A stretch of DNA of 64,000 nt from Balanoglossus misakiensis (lineage: Eukaryota; Animalia; Hemichordata), in NCBI GenBank assembly GCA_040954595.2, contig CM082591.2:2966259-3030258 (forward strand). The letters are read 5' to 3'. The notes under the pieces were generated by a model that was given only the letters and a program-made list of their open reading frames with translations, was not told the DNA's origin and searched no databases. A program made the translations under genes and the position numbers. Below, in pieces: positions 12,801 to 26,300 of this stretch. Positions within the stretch are counted from its first letter, which is position 1. Each line of letters starts with the position of its first letter.

Positions 12801-15800
12801 AGTGTACTTCAATACAAAAAACTGCAGAAAAATAGGGCTGTCGGATAGCAAAGCATTCACAAATCATACCAGACAAACAGATGCCAGAACACCAGGCTAG
12901 AACTCAAACCTGTAAATTACCAATAAGCAGTTACACAAACACAAATACATGTAGGTACCAAAGGGCAGTTTACCTGTGCTACAGTTTCATGGGAATACTA
13001 GATGATGAAATATATATGTGTCAATGTCATTAGGGTAATCAATGTATTTTCACATTTATTTTTAAGACAAAGAAGATTATTGTTATTCATATTAGGTGTA
13101 GGTGTTAGTTCAATGGTCAATTCAACTCAAATATCAAACCACAAAAAGATTGGTTAACAGTAAATAGGTGACATGGTCATCACGCCAAAAAACTGAAGAA
13201 AGCAAAATCCAAGTGTAATTTGTTTGTTTGTGAGATACAGGATATATTTGATACACAGAAGTATTCTGGAAAAAAGCTACAGGCTACAGCAATGAAGCTT
13301 TAATAAATGTATAATATTATATGCCAGGATATTCTGTGTGTGATGTTTCTTCCCATAGAAAAGTGTACTGCTTGTCGCGAGATGATTCTCAGAGTCCACA
13401 CACTAGAAACTCACAACACAAAATGTTAAAAAAAATTCAAGTATGCCAAAATGTCCAAAAAATTCAATCTCATTGTACCACTTTGTGATGTGAGGAAAAC
13501 CTGTTTCCTGGTCCAACTGCTAATCGAAACATCTGTGTTTGCATGTAAAAGGATTTGTGGAAAATACAATAAGAATGAATTAAACTACGATAGGTGTATG
13601 TAGAACTGGATTATGGTTGCCTGTTTTTTTGTCTGCTGAACTACAATGAATCTGAAGAATTTTCACCAACCTGACTGATTCCTTTAGACAGTCCCTCCAC
13701 AGCACAGAAGAAAGGGGTGGCTCCGTTGGTGTTTTTGGAATCAATGTTCGCACCACTCTCCAACAGATACAGAACCAGTCTCTGTTTTGAAATGGAATAT
13801 TCATCAGATCATTTTCACAAATTTTTACCTATTTTCCCCATAAATTCTAGACCAAATGGACATAATTTTCCATTTTCTGCAGGTCTTGATCAATATTTCA
13901 TATATTTTTTTCTAAAATTTATCTAAAAGGTAATTTTGTGAAATTTTACGACATGTTGACTATCACGTTGAAAGAATCACATCAACACTAGACTCCCCTG
14001 ACCCATGCTCCACATGACAAACTCACATAGTGTCCATTCCTGGCTGCCCAGTGCAACGCCGTATTCCCTGTCCTCTTCTCCTTGGCGTTGATGAAAGACG
14101 GCCTCTTCTTCCGGAAGAAGACCACCAGTTTCTCCACAGTGTCCAGTTCTCCCATCTTGGCTGCCTTGAAGTAGAGCAGTTCCCACTGCAGAGTGTTGCC
14201 GGGAAACACCTGGTACATGAATCTGAAATGAAGACACCAGTCATAATTTAATTGTCATCAGTAAAGGTGAGTTCAGGCAGTTGGGTGTACCGGTATGTAA
14301 TACTGCATTACTTGTTTCTTTTTTACCAACTCTGAGAACATCTTGTCTTCTGCCTCCATGAAAATTAATAATGTGTGCACATAATCGCCTAGCATATGAG
14401 ACAAAGACAGACAAACATACCGACAGTTGCTGACAAGCAGATAGAGAACAACAGACAGACACACACACAGACAGACAAACGATAACACATTCTGTACTTA
14501 CAAGCTACCAGCTTTCAATGTTTTGTTCCTAGACTGGCTTTCAAAGTACATCTGGAACAGAAAACATAATACATTGTACAATGCTGCAAGTGCAGGTATA
14601 TGTTTAACCCCTTCACCCCCAGTTCCCTCTTTAGAGGTCCCAGCTTACCATAGAGAACAATGGATTTGGATTAAACCATGGTGGTGAAAGGGATAAATCT
14701 CACCTCATACTGTGGATAATCTGATGGGTTGATGTCGATCACTTCGCTTCTCGGCAGACCCAGAATCTTCCTGATAGAAACTGCAGTCACAAGAGAAACA
14801 GAAAAATAAAATAAGCAACAGTGATTGAGAGGAAAAATTTCAGGCATCACACTACTGGTAATTGAATTAATACTATAATGCATGTATCCATCTGGACAAC
14901 AAAGCAGACCCACACAGTCAAACAATCAAGGAACAAAACTTAGGTAGAACAAACTCACTTTTCTTCTGTCCCTTTGCTTGTGTGAAATCATCGATATACT
15001 CCCCAGTGTCCAGATGCTTCAAAACTATCCTCCTGTCTGGAGTGAAGGTCTCTTTCATCTTGGCATGGTAGAAGCCTGATCCTCCAGTCAGACTTAAATT
15101 TATCACCATGGATAGGCACAGATCGTTGATGGTGATGTTCCTGCAATACACAACATGTATGGTAATTGCTAGTACAATGTACTTTAGTGATGCTTACTTG
15201 TATGTATATTGAAAATAATATTTTGTGGAGATTCTAGTTCGTTCACAGCTTTTTATCACTGACATCATTGAAGTATAATGATCACCTTGGCACAGTAATG
15301 GTGTCAAACCTCTGCTTCATCTTCTCTGCCACGATACCTCTTGTCTGTCAACAGAAAAATGAAATGAAATAAAACGTTATGTCTTCAACATTTGTGCTAA
15401 CATTTTTTGCTGTACGTGTAGTTAGAATCAATAAATCAGCACTCACCTCTGCCTGTATCTCATCAACATGTCTCCACCATTTTCTGCACTCTTCTAAGTC
15501 ATAGATATTTGTTAATCGTTTATGTTCTGAAAGAAATATAAAGTGTTCATTAAGTATAAATTAAATGTCCTTTTAATGAAGTAACCGTAAATAATTTTGG
15601 TGACGGGAAATCAAGAACTCTACATACTCACCGCTTTCATAGGAATCTAAGTTACTTTTGAGTTCCTTCTTTCTCTTCAGCTCGGCCATTGTGTTTATGA
15701 TGGCCGGGAAATTTTCCAACTCGTGGTTGGCTTCACGGATCAGCTGAGTTAATTCAGCCTGTGTGAGAAGAAGACAAATATTTGTGTCAGTATTTGAGTA

Positions 15801-18089
15801 CTAATCATACACGCATTGAGAATCTTGCAGAATGTGCTACGCTGAACTGTATACCGGACGTGCAGCATTTGAAAATGTTGCTCCTGAAATGCTACTATCT
15901 GTTTAGTTTTTCAACAGCTACATATAGAAGAAGTGAAAACTATAGAAGTGTACATCCAAAAATCACATTAAACATCAATGGATGATGTACCGGCCCTCTT
16001 GACTTACCAGCCTACTAATGACAGCTTTTGCTTGTTTGAGTTTATAGCCACACATAAAATACACACACATGTATGCAGACATTGCCAAGGGCTCAGCCTG
16101 TGAAGAAGAAAAAAAAAATAATTAGACAGAGTGTTCTTGCAGATCTGTTGATTTACTACCACAAGATCAGTCAAGCCAGGGATCACGTATTGCCTTCAAC
16201 CCTTTCACCCCCAGTTCCCTATAATGAGAACCAACTCTGCCATAGACAACAATGGATTTGGACTGAACCATAGTGGTAAAAGGGTTAAAAGTACTTACTT
16301 CCACTAAGTCCTCAGAATCAACAGGTGTGTTCAGACGGATAATTTTCTCAAAAACTTTCAGTGCCAAGTTGATGGTCCACCTGTCGTTCAACATGACCTC
16401 AGTTGTAAACGTCCCAGGTGCAAATGAATTGACCAATGCACAGAGGACACGGCTGTCCACTAGATCGTCCATGGTTTGAACGACCAATCGCCGGCCTTCA
16501 CGAACAGTCTGCATTGAAAAAGCAAAAGAGTGGTATGTACACATGAAATCAATTATTCATTCATGTATGACTACATGTATGTACACATGAAATCAATATC
16601 TCATTCATTGCAGGTACAACTCTATCTGAAGTGTACACAAACAATTTGTCATTTAACTAGAAATATACACATAGGACAAACCAGAAGAATTTCCACAAAC
16701 TTTCATATAACTCAAAAGACATCACTTAGTACAGTGTATATACAGACTTGACCATACACCTCAAGGTAACAGTCTTTCATACTTGTACATGTAGAACAGT
16801 GTGGAATCAGTTTTCAACAAATTCAACTCATGTAATTTACCTGTAGCTGGGCGTTGATCATTTCAATGATGCAGTCATCCGCATCCGGTGGCTGCCAGTT
16901 TTTCCGGTGGGGCTTGTACTTCCTCACAATGTCATAGCCGGGAAATTTGTCATATTCCGGCATTGGAGTCGGTGTGGAAGGAAGAGATTCAGTGATAACA
17001 GAAGAAGATCCAAAACCAGACAATAGCGATTGTCTGCTCTTTGTTTTCTTCTTCTTCTTTGGCGGAGGGGGTTCCGGTGACCACTGTGGCAAAAAGATAT
17101 GTGTATATCAAAGTACCGGCATATGATAATACTTGTTTCCAAAACAAAAACAGAGTGTGTGTACTCAGATATCTAAACAAAGTAGATCACTGCCTCAATC
17201 TTTACCTTGAATGGCACCTCTGCTATAGTGCTGTCTTCGGTTTGTAGCATGAATTCCATTCTTTCCCAGGCAAACCAAATGTCGTGTTCAATCAGTTTCC
17301 ACATCAAGTCAAACACCTGTCATTAACAAAGATATTGTAAATGTTCTGTTTCGTGCATTGTAATGTATGTAGGCCAAAGATATTTAATGACACTGAAGTT
17401 TTCACCAATCACAGAGATTTTCAGTTTGGATTTGATTTACTTACATGTTCAGCATGCCTCATGGCAAAAAGCCTGCAATCAATGTAGACATCTTCTGGAA
17501 GGATTTCCCTGTGAAAATAATTTCGAGAGAAACAATTATATTCGTGGAATAGGCCTACTTTTGGAAAAGCTGATAATGGAAGTCAAAACACTTAACCTTT
17601 TCACCCCTAATTCCTTCTTTAAAGGTCCAACTTTTCCATACAAAACAATGGGTTTGGACTGAACCATTGTGGTGAAAGGGTTAAAAATATTAATATTACA
17701 AATACTCACGACTCTTTCAATTCTTTTACGATCCATTCCATCCTTGTAACTTTCTGTTGCTGCGTTAAGTCATCAAAACTTTGAATTTTTTTATTGTCCA
17801 CACCAGTCAGACCTGAAAAGGTACAATCAATTGTCATTCATTAGTTGTACTGCTAGTAATACATTGCAAAATAATTAACCCAATAAAAACAATAAGAAGT
17901 ATCCCATGATGTGATAACATAGGGTAGGCTGTCTGTTTGATTTCCGACACATTACTTACTTTCTATCAGCATTTTCATATTAGTCCCTTTCAGAAGATCC
18001 ATCAAAACATTGTTCATCAGTAAATTGTACGGCATGAGTCGCAAGTTGACCCATGCTGTAAAACCGTTGATCTTCGTCCTCATCGACAT
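9806..18089 (-). CDS. Multi-exon (~21 exons) protein with N-terminal calponin-homology-like domain(s) and C-terminal ankyrin repeats
   Basis: First coding exon 18089-17960 MSMRTKINGFTAWVNLRL (CH-like FTxWVN). Second CH-like segment DLVDSRVLCALVNSF at about 16300-16500. Ankyrin motifs GNTALHWAARNGH, GSTLLHTASYFG, GATALHRA, GNTALH, QCTPLFFA. Last exon ends SGFLT* at 9806. Canonical splice sites. Confidence 0.85.
11388..11437. repeat. (TAA/TAG)n low-complexity microsatellite in an intron
   Basis: taatagtaatagtaatagtaataatgaataacaacaataataataataat. Confidence 0.7.
14604..14696 (+). mobile_element. ~90-bp piggyBac-like MITE, copy 1
   Basis: ttaaccccttcacc...ggtgaaagggataa: TTAA-type flanks, CCC...GGG termini. 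Homologous to copies at 16196, 17592 and 43589. Confidence 0.75.
16196..16288 (+). mobile_element. ~90-bp piggyBac-like MITE, copy 2
   Basis: tcaaccctttcacccccagttccc...ggtaaaagggttaa. Confidence 0.75.
17592..17684 (+). mobile_element. ~90-bp piggyBac-like MITE, copy 3
   Basis: ttaaccttttcacccc...ggtgaaagggttaa. Confidence 0.75.
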
Positions 18090-18666
18090 CTTGGTGTGGA
18101 TTTCACTTCAGGTTAACATGAAATTGTGTCACAAGATAGCGTTATGCAACTTACATGCTGAGGGAAATATTAAAAGGATATTTATATTCATAACTTAGTA
18201 TAATCTGAAATTGAATGATTGTTAAATTTCTTGAATGAGCCACCTCACACTTCATATTGCATGTACATGATGTAGTTGAAACTGCATGGGGGGGGGGGGG
18301 GTCAAATATCTATACCAGTTTCAATGCCAGTGACAGGCGATCGGCGGACAGGAAAAGAGGAAAGTTCAATATTCAACGTTTATTTTGGTATAATGAAAGT
18401 CAGGAGTGTGTAGTATCGCGAGCTGTGGTACGCAGCTGTACCGTTGAGTTGGGGGAGGGGTGACTTCCGTGGTGGTAATCAGGCCCCCCTCCCCCCCCCC
18501 CCCCCCCCCACCAAGGTACAGCTCATATGCCTCTGCACGAGTACAGTTGATTGGCCGACACCTGAATCGAGTATAGACGGGACCGATCCTGCATCACACC
18601 GACTGATCGCGAGCTACAGGTCGGAAAGTCCGACGGATGCGGGCCAGGACGCACGAAATCTACCAG

Positions 18667-18680
18667 GCTGCCATGGTAAC
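18667..18680. promoter_or_regulatory. X-box (RFX)-like motif in the 5' region of the CH-ankyrin gene
   Basis: GCTGCCATGGTAAC, one mismatch to the GTNNYYATRRNAAC consensus. It lies between the divergent CH-ankyrin gene and the ciliary gene IFTAP. Confidence 0.3.
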
Positions 18681-19876
18681 ACAGCTAAATCAAGGACGCC
18701 ACTTTGTATCTAGGGCCCAAACTTGGTCCATCACGACCCATTTCGACCGATCGTTTATATCGTGTCCTTCTATTGATATCTGAGGTCACTCTGGTTAGAA
18801 AAATACTCACCTGAACCACAACGGGTCCAAGTATGCAGGAAATCTCGGTGCTTACCGACACTGTAAACAAACCATTATTACCTGTCCCTTTCTAGCAATG
18901 GCGGCCACCAACTCCTTATCCTCGTTCGCCAGCATGTAATAATTTAATCCTCAAACAGAAACTAAACCTTATATCTAACAGAAAGAAACATTCTTTTGAG
19001 TTAAAAAGTCATACAATTACAGATACAAGCGTATATTACCACTCATCGTAATTATTTAACCCACCGTTGGAATTTGTTTATTTCAGTGTGTGAGGAAGGA
19101 CAGCTTCCGGTTACATTTCTTTGACAGATGTTGAAGTCAGGGATTCCCCTGCTGAACATATCGACTGCTGCTTACCGATTATCAAGATAGCTTATGGGTT
19201 TGTAAGTATAGTATAACGAACCTTCTCTGTTTTTAGATCACAATGTGACGATTTTACACTAATTTTTGACCCCATAATCGGCTGTTAACAATAATTAGCA
19301 ATCTTGTCAACGCGATTGACATTGTATTTTGTAATGAACATCCTCAGTGACTTCTTGCAAGCATCACATTTTACCTATAACGACTACGTCAGGAATATTT
19401 AAAGCCTGAAATCGGGGAATTCCCGATGCCCATACATGTATATGCCGAGTTTTCACATTTAAATCGAACCTGTGACGGCTAGTTATACTTTGCGAAACAA
19501 CGAAACAGCGAAACGACGAAACCATTATTAAAATAGGGGCCAGTCATCAAGACGGTGGCGTATGATTTTTTTAAAAGTTTCCAAATTAAAACGTAAGCGA
19601 GCCAAGAAAACTACAGGTCAGATAAATTGTTTTCTCGGAAATTCAACATTAGAATCAAATTTGACGTTGGAAACAAACGGCGGGTCGCCAGTTCCTGGTC
19701 TGCGGCCTGGTACTATGTAGTGGTCACGGTTACTAGAAGAAGACGGTTAGGAAACTATTTTTTCTCCATTGTTAGATGCTCGCCTCGGTAAACACTTAGT
19801 GTAAACGAAAGATATCAGGTGCTAACGAGCCTGGCCGTACGAATAAACAGACAGAATAACTGACCGCTCGGTAAAA

Positions 19877-22580
19877 ATGACGTCATTCCCCCCACAATCC
19901 AATGCAAACCATACTCATGTTTACGGAAGTGCTTGCACGCGCAGCAACAGTACGAATGCTTGTCCTCGACCACCAGAAATGCCTTACCAGTTTTCGAATG
20001 ATTATTGCTCGTTTGACGACGAGTCTGTCGATTGGGAGCATATTTTAGAAGAAGTGGAGTGTACTGAAAGTTACGAAGTTGACGACGACGACGACGACGT
20101 TGATGCCGATGGCAATGCCATCGAACGGCCGTCGCCTGTAAGAGAGACGAAGACCTGTCGTACTCGTAGGAAATTCGAATACGTTTGCCCAGTTTGCGAC
20201 AAGGTATATAAGAGCGTGAGTGGATTTTCATCGCACATGAGAGGTCATAAAATGATCGGTGTTAAAGGTAAGGCTTCTGCCATATTGTGTTATATATTTT
20301 TTCCGTACAAGTGGTACAAGGATTTAAAGTGTCGCGTCCATCGTTTCATTTTGGAAGGGTTTCGTACGTAGATGTTGGCGGAACCTGCACGTTGACTTGA
20401 GATGTTGACGAGTTACAAAAAGTTCATTTCAAACAAATATCATTTGATTTGGTAAAAACGAGGAAGTTTTAGAAAGTTGGGCAATTTAACATACGCAGTC
20501 GTTTTCGTGTTTGAATCTACACTGGCTTGGTGTCTTGGTCATTTCACAGTGAGTTACTAACTTGCCATTTCCTGTTGCAAAGTGCGATGATTGACACTGC
20601 ATTGTTACCAGCTGTGCTCTGTTTATTGCAGCTGAATTCCAGACACCTGGTTTTGACAAGCCATATCTTTCCACTGGTAACAGCTGCGAAGAACACTTCC
20701 AACATACTTTTGATAATTTTTATTCTGCAAAATTTCCAAATGATCACCTTATCAGACTGTGATGGCATGGTAGGATGTGCTACCATTTTCGAAACACAAG
20801 ACACTGTGCACCACTTCTTATTCTCATGTGACTTTGTTTGTGTACATCTACGTGTATAGTGTAAGTTGTCTGTATTTTGTTTCCAGTTTGTCTTTACATT
20901 TGAATTTTTAAGTAAATATGACATTTGATCTATGATATTTGGATAGGTATCAAGATGGTATAATTTGCCAGGTTTCATTGAAAAAATGGGCAAAAGATTG
21001 TGATTTTTTGATGCAATTCTGATTAGTTTCATTGTTATTTTTTCAGCATGTGAGCACAGAAGAGATGCTGCAATAACTATCTCTGACACCAGTATTCAGT
21101 GCAGTGGTCCAAAACAAACAGATGGGAACAAAAAGAGAAAGACAAGTAAGTTGAACTTTTGTTATTTTATTTATTCGAAAAATACTGCAACATTGTCAAT
21201 TTACAATTTTTTTATTCTGAAAGAAATGGTTTAATGATGCATGTTATCTTTATGAGAAAAAATATTGAAAAAGAAATGTTTATATATGGTATTAATATCA
21301 CTCTCCATGTTAAGTCTCGCATTTCATTAATTCAAAATGCTAGTAAAAAAATTACGACGGAAGTTGTTTTGCTTGTAACTTTTGTAAGCATGTTTACCTA
21401 TTTCAAAAAGCCTATTTCATGATCGAAATAAATTCTACAGTGATGACTTGGCAAAATTGTATTTGTGAACAACAGCACACACGTTGCTTTCTTAGTGATA
21501 TGTGTTTCTTCATGCTGTAATTCTCCTGCCTAACTGGCCTTTTCTGACATGCTTTTAACAATATTTTTCACAGAAATCACTAGACCTTTGCCCAGTTACA
21601 CAAAGGAAGACTACATGGGGGATCTCCCACGTCTGGCTAGAGACGTTATGAAAGATATAAGTGAAGACCCCAAATTCACTTTCAAAGGAAACATCTTTGG
21701 AGATGAAGTTGCGGCCTTGGCCAAAGATACATGGACCAACTTTAGTGGAGACAATTCGCATCCACAGCTTTCCCAGTTGGGAGAGACACTGTGGAAGTCT
21801 ATGGTTTCTGGGGACGCCAAGTACTTGCCATCGAATGGGAGAGAGGAGATTTGGAACAGCTTTTTCAATGTTTGGAGTACCATTGAAGACCAAATTTTAG
21901 CGAGAAGCTTTATAAGGGATGTAAACTCAATTGCAATGACATGCAAGAGTGATGGAATTTTCCGACTGGCTCAAGTTTTCATTATGAAGCTTATGTTTAC
22001 ATCACTGAAAGTTAGATACCAGTCAGTGCCCAGTACAAAAGCAGAACGCCAAACAGTGGAAATCAACCTCACAGAAGAAGAAGAAAGCGCTCTGCGTTAC
22101 ATGAGTGGCTACATACCATTTAAACTCAAGAAGAAATTGACAACCCGGAAATTTAGGTCTTCTTATCTACAGTGTATTACTGCTATGGGGGAGAAGGATG
22201 CCATGGAATGGGACTCACTCAGCTCATCTCGGAAATGGGTGGACAAGCAAAACAGGGGTGGTCTTTTTAGGATCAACGATTGCACTTTTTTGTTCTTTAG
22301 AAAGATGGAAGTAATTTTCCGTAAATGCAGAAATGAGCAATGTTCAACAGCTACAACAGAAAACACAGTGTTGACTAACAACTATATTTTACAGCAGTGG
22401 TCAACAATATGTAAAGATGTAGATGATGACAGTATCTGTCAAAGAGTTTTGCTGATGGTTGTTAAGTTGTTTGTCCAAGTGAGAATGTTCTCCCATGCCA
22501 GAGAGGTCGTAGAGTCATACAAAAAGATTACAAAATCCCATACACAAGGGTCAAAAGGTTTGAGGAAAACGCTCCATTAG
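19877..22580 (+). CDS. Transposon second gene (~498 aa): acidic N-terminus, C2H2 zinc finger, and P-transposase/THAP9 C-terminal-domain-like region. Exons 19877-20267, 21047-21145, 21574-22580
   Basis: The exons (391+99+1007 = 1497 nt) splice in frame via GT-AG. C2H2 finger YVCPVCDKVYKSVSGFSSHMRGH. Motifs ALRYMSGYIPFKLKKK, WVDKQNRGGLFRI and VVKLFVQVRMF resemble the YIAGY..K / RGGL / Y..IR motifs of the P/THAP9 C-terminal domain. Confidence 0.82.
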
Positions 22581-22638
22581 TCATTCTTGCCAGAAGATAT
22601 CAAGATGGCAGTGTATGAATTTCAAATGTAAGTTACAG

Positions 22639-23219
22639 TTCTGAGAAGTTCACATGGAGCATCAAAAAACTAGGTGCCTGTGTCTAATCTGTTTCAAAGT
22701 ACACCTGTGGCCAGGATTTAGATAAATGACACTTAAAGACCATTTACATTTCAGTTTTCACTTTTTATTTTAGACCAGTGTAAATCTGACCTGCATTGTA
22801 TACTGTATTTTTACATTTCTGAGAAGTTCACATGGAGCATCAAAAAACTAGGTGCCTGTGTCTAATCTGTTTCAAAGTACACCTGTGGCCAGGATTTAGA
22901 TAAATGACACTTAAAGACCATTTACATTTCAGTTTTCACTTTTTATTTTAGACCAGTGTAAATCTGACCTGCATTGTATACTGTATTTTTACATTTCTGA
23001 GAAGTTCACATGGAGCATCAAAAAACTAGGTGCCTGTGTCTAATCTGTTTCAAAGTACACCTGTGGCCAGGATTTAGATAAATGACACTTAAAGACCATT
23101 TACATTTCAGTTTTCACTTTTTATTTTAGACCAGTGTAAATCTGACCTGCATTGTATACTGTATTTTTACATTTCTGAGAAGTTCACATGGAGCATCAAA
23201 AAACTAGGTGCCTGTGTCT
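22639..23219. repeat. Tandem repeat, 178-bp unit x ~3.3, between the 3' ends of the two transposon genes
   Basis: Unit TTCTGAGAAGTTCACATGGAGC... restarts at 22639, 22817, 22995 and 23173; copies appear identical. Confidence 0.95.
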
Positions 23220-23367
23220 TTTTAATGTGTACATAGACAGCATTTTTTGAAATTAAACGCTTCATTGCTATTTTTGACAGTGGTAAACTGACTTCTATTG
23301 TTTCATTCAAAGACCTGACAAGTTCCCAAACTAGACACTGTGCCCTGTACAAGGTACTTGATAGAGT

Positions 23368-26300
23368 CTATTTCCTGTGGCGTTTTGGTAATGGTAAATC
23401 AAAACCATTTGTGTGTTCCTCTCTACCAAGGTTCCGTCCAGTGTTTCCTGTCAAGCACTGCAGTTGATTGGACCTCTGCAGCCGAATCACGTTCTCCTGG
23501 TAGCCAAACTGCTGAACTGTTGGGTCATTATTTGCCCCACCTCTTTGTCTGTGTTTGCTGAAGTGTTGTTCCAGGGAGTCTTGACAGAATCGTTCACTCA
23601 AAATAAATTCTACCCCTTCAGTCAAAAGAAATCTGCACACCTCAACAAAAGACTTGACTGTAACAAAAAAAAAGAAGTTATCTTAAATCAAGTTTTGTTT
23701 GATGAAATGAGGCACAATAAGTTAATTACTTGATTTGCACCATCACTTGCATGGGGATTTGATGTTTAATGGAAAACAAACTGTTTGAATGGGGCATCAA
23801 TGCTTTGATTTATACTGAAGTCTGTTTACAAATTATAATTCTAATAAAACTTGTGTATATATTAAGTATCCTGGGTGTGTTTTGTTCATCCACTTAAACA
23901 TATGCCATCCAAATGTTTAAAGGGTGCCTATAACAAAGAATTTAGTGTGGTCTTGTAGAAAAGAATGGAGGTTGTGATAAAAATTGCGATGAGTTTATAA
24001 CATTGTTCATCCACGGCACCAAACTTCAAGACAACACATATAATACAACATTGCTATTTTCATCACTCACCTGACATTGTCAATCCCTGAAGAGTTTGTC
24101 TACTCAGACACATGGCACCCATCTGCTTCTTTGTGAATGTTCCTGGTCTCCTCTCTACTGACTCTTTCCATTCAGTAAAGTATGCAAGGAAATCATTCTC
24201 CAACCACTGCAATGAAAATTTATACAGTCCAGTTAGAAAAATCGCTAAAATACATCAGTGTTTCTGAGAGCCAGGCTGTTGGTAAAAGAGTCAAAGGAGT
24301 GAAACTAGCCGAAATGGGATGTTCATCTTATTCACAGTCAGTGTGAAAGAGAGCTCCCCCAAAAAAGCTTGCAAAGCAATCATGAACAGGGGAATTATGT
24401 AATTAAAAAATGATTCATGAGCCTGTGAATGAATGTTTATTCTGCAAAACAAGAAATAATTGAAATAATATTTTACCAATGGAGATAAGCAGACTTTTAA
24501 AATGTAAAAAATCTCTTTGTATGCAATAGTAGATAAGTAACACACACATGACAGATAATGACTGAATCACAGACTAAAAAACCCACACAAAATCTTATCT
24601 TACTGTGAGTCTGGGATCTGCAACATCTGTATATGGTGCCAAATCAGGCTTCATCTTCTTGTGTGATTCCCTCAAACTTCTGACGTTAAGACAGTCAAAA
24701 AAACGGTCCATCATTCGTACAAATTGAACAGTTCCTCCAGCTTCTGGTGGCCCATACATTTCTATTGCATTTGCAACTGTTTGACTGAGCACCTGCACGT
24801 GACAAAATAAACAATGTGTTGTTGTATGTCAAGTCATGAAATCCACATTTGGACAGCACAACTTTACAATGATTTTGCATATTCTTGAGATAATTTAACC
24901 TACCTGAGCTGCCAGATTCACTCTCATGATTGAGAATGATGTTAAATGGATATGTTCCCATCCTATCTTGTTAACCAGATGTATGGGTCTATCTTGGTCT
25001 CTGGTAACAAGGTCTGACAGGTGCCTCCACAGAATTGGCTGTCCGTTGTTCTAGACATTAAGAAAAGAAAAGAAATGACTGTAAATGGTTTACTTATAGA
25101 AGTATTTAGAAAATTCATCACACTTGGTTAGACATCAAGTTATGTTGTGTGAGTGTACTCATCAGTTCAATCACATGTGCTACTCAACATGTACATGTAC
25201 TATCAATATCTACACAAATACTACTGAGGAGGCCATGAGTGAAACATTTCCATGCTACATGTAATAACATTCAAACTGGCTGAATCTCAAATGAATTCCA
25301 CTTTTTTTTTCATTTTGTGGACTTTCTCACTTACCCATAGGCTACGAGTTCTAGTGTGTGCCTCAGAGTTAGCCCAGCAATTCCTGGTAGTTTTCACCAA
25401 GTGTGGCACATCCGAGAAGAAGTAGATAAATCTCCTATCAAGGCTTAAGGGATTGATAGCTTTGTGGATGATGAAATCATTGGGCACGCCTGGTGTTCTG
25501 TGTAGCTTGTAAAACCTGCGGTTTGGTGTTGCTCCATCACTTGTTGAGGCAATAACCTTCAAACCGCATGAAACTTCCAAGTAACAAATTGCCTCCCAGA
25601 TGATAGAAAACAATTCATCTGATCGTGTACCATTTGTTGGATAATATGCCACACAGTATTTCATATCTGTTGCAACACCGCGGACCATGAGGGCAAGTAC
25701 GTGGGTTGCTAGATCTGGTTTAGGACTGCAATTTCTTGTCTGCTCACTGCACCATTTTTCATACTGTTCAAGTTCTTGATTGACACTTCCAAGATTAACA
25801 TAGCCAATAAGCTCCCCAGTTGTTTTGTCGTAAACAAGTTGACTCTTCAATTTCATTTCATCATGGAGCAGCACGACATATCTCTTGTGGTCAGGCAGGC
25901 TTTTCACATCATACTCTGAAACCAGGCTTTCTAGAACATGTTCATTTACACCTGTTTCTGGTTTGATGTAATTTGTATAGTCACGTAAAGTCCGCTGGCT
26001 TGGCAAGGTTACAAAGCCTGAAGAACGCATTGCTTCATAGCCCGAGGATGACTGCAATTTCAATGCCAAGCACCATCTTATGATAGCAGGGTGCCATCTC
26101 ATCCCACGCAGATTACTGCTGTTTGCTTTACATTGCTCCTCCCAGAAAATTCTTTTGAAAGAGCCTTCTGGGAACTCAGACAGTACTTTGGCATTTGACT
26201 CCTTCATTATGTCCTGAAAATCTTTACTTTCAGATGTCTTCAACTGAAGTCCGTTAGTTTCTATGTTGTTCTTCAAACACTGCCGTAATTTCGCCCTCAG

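Noticed and set aside
18560-18660. GC-rich hairpin GTCGGA-AAG-TCCGAC with nearby G and C homopolymer runs, possible ribozyme or ncRNA
   Set aside because: No hammerhead/HDV core motifs; the short stem could be chance.
22639-23219. CRISPR-like array
   Set aside because: Contiguous identical 178-bp units with no spacers, in a eukaryotic context.
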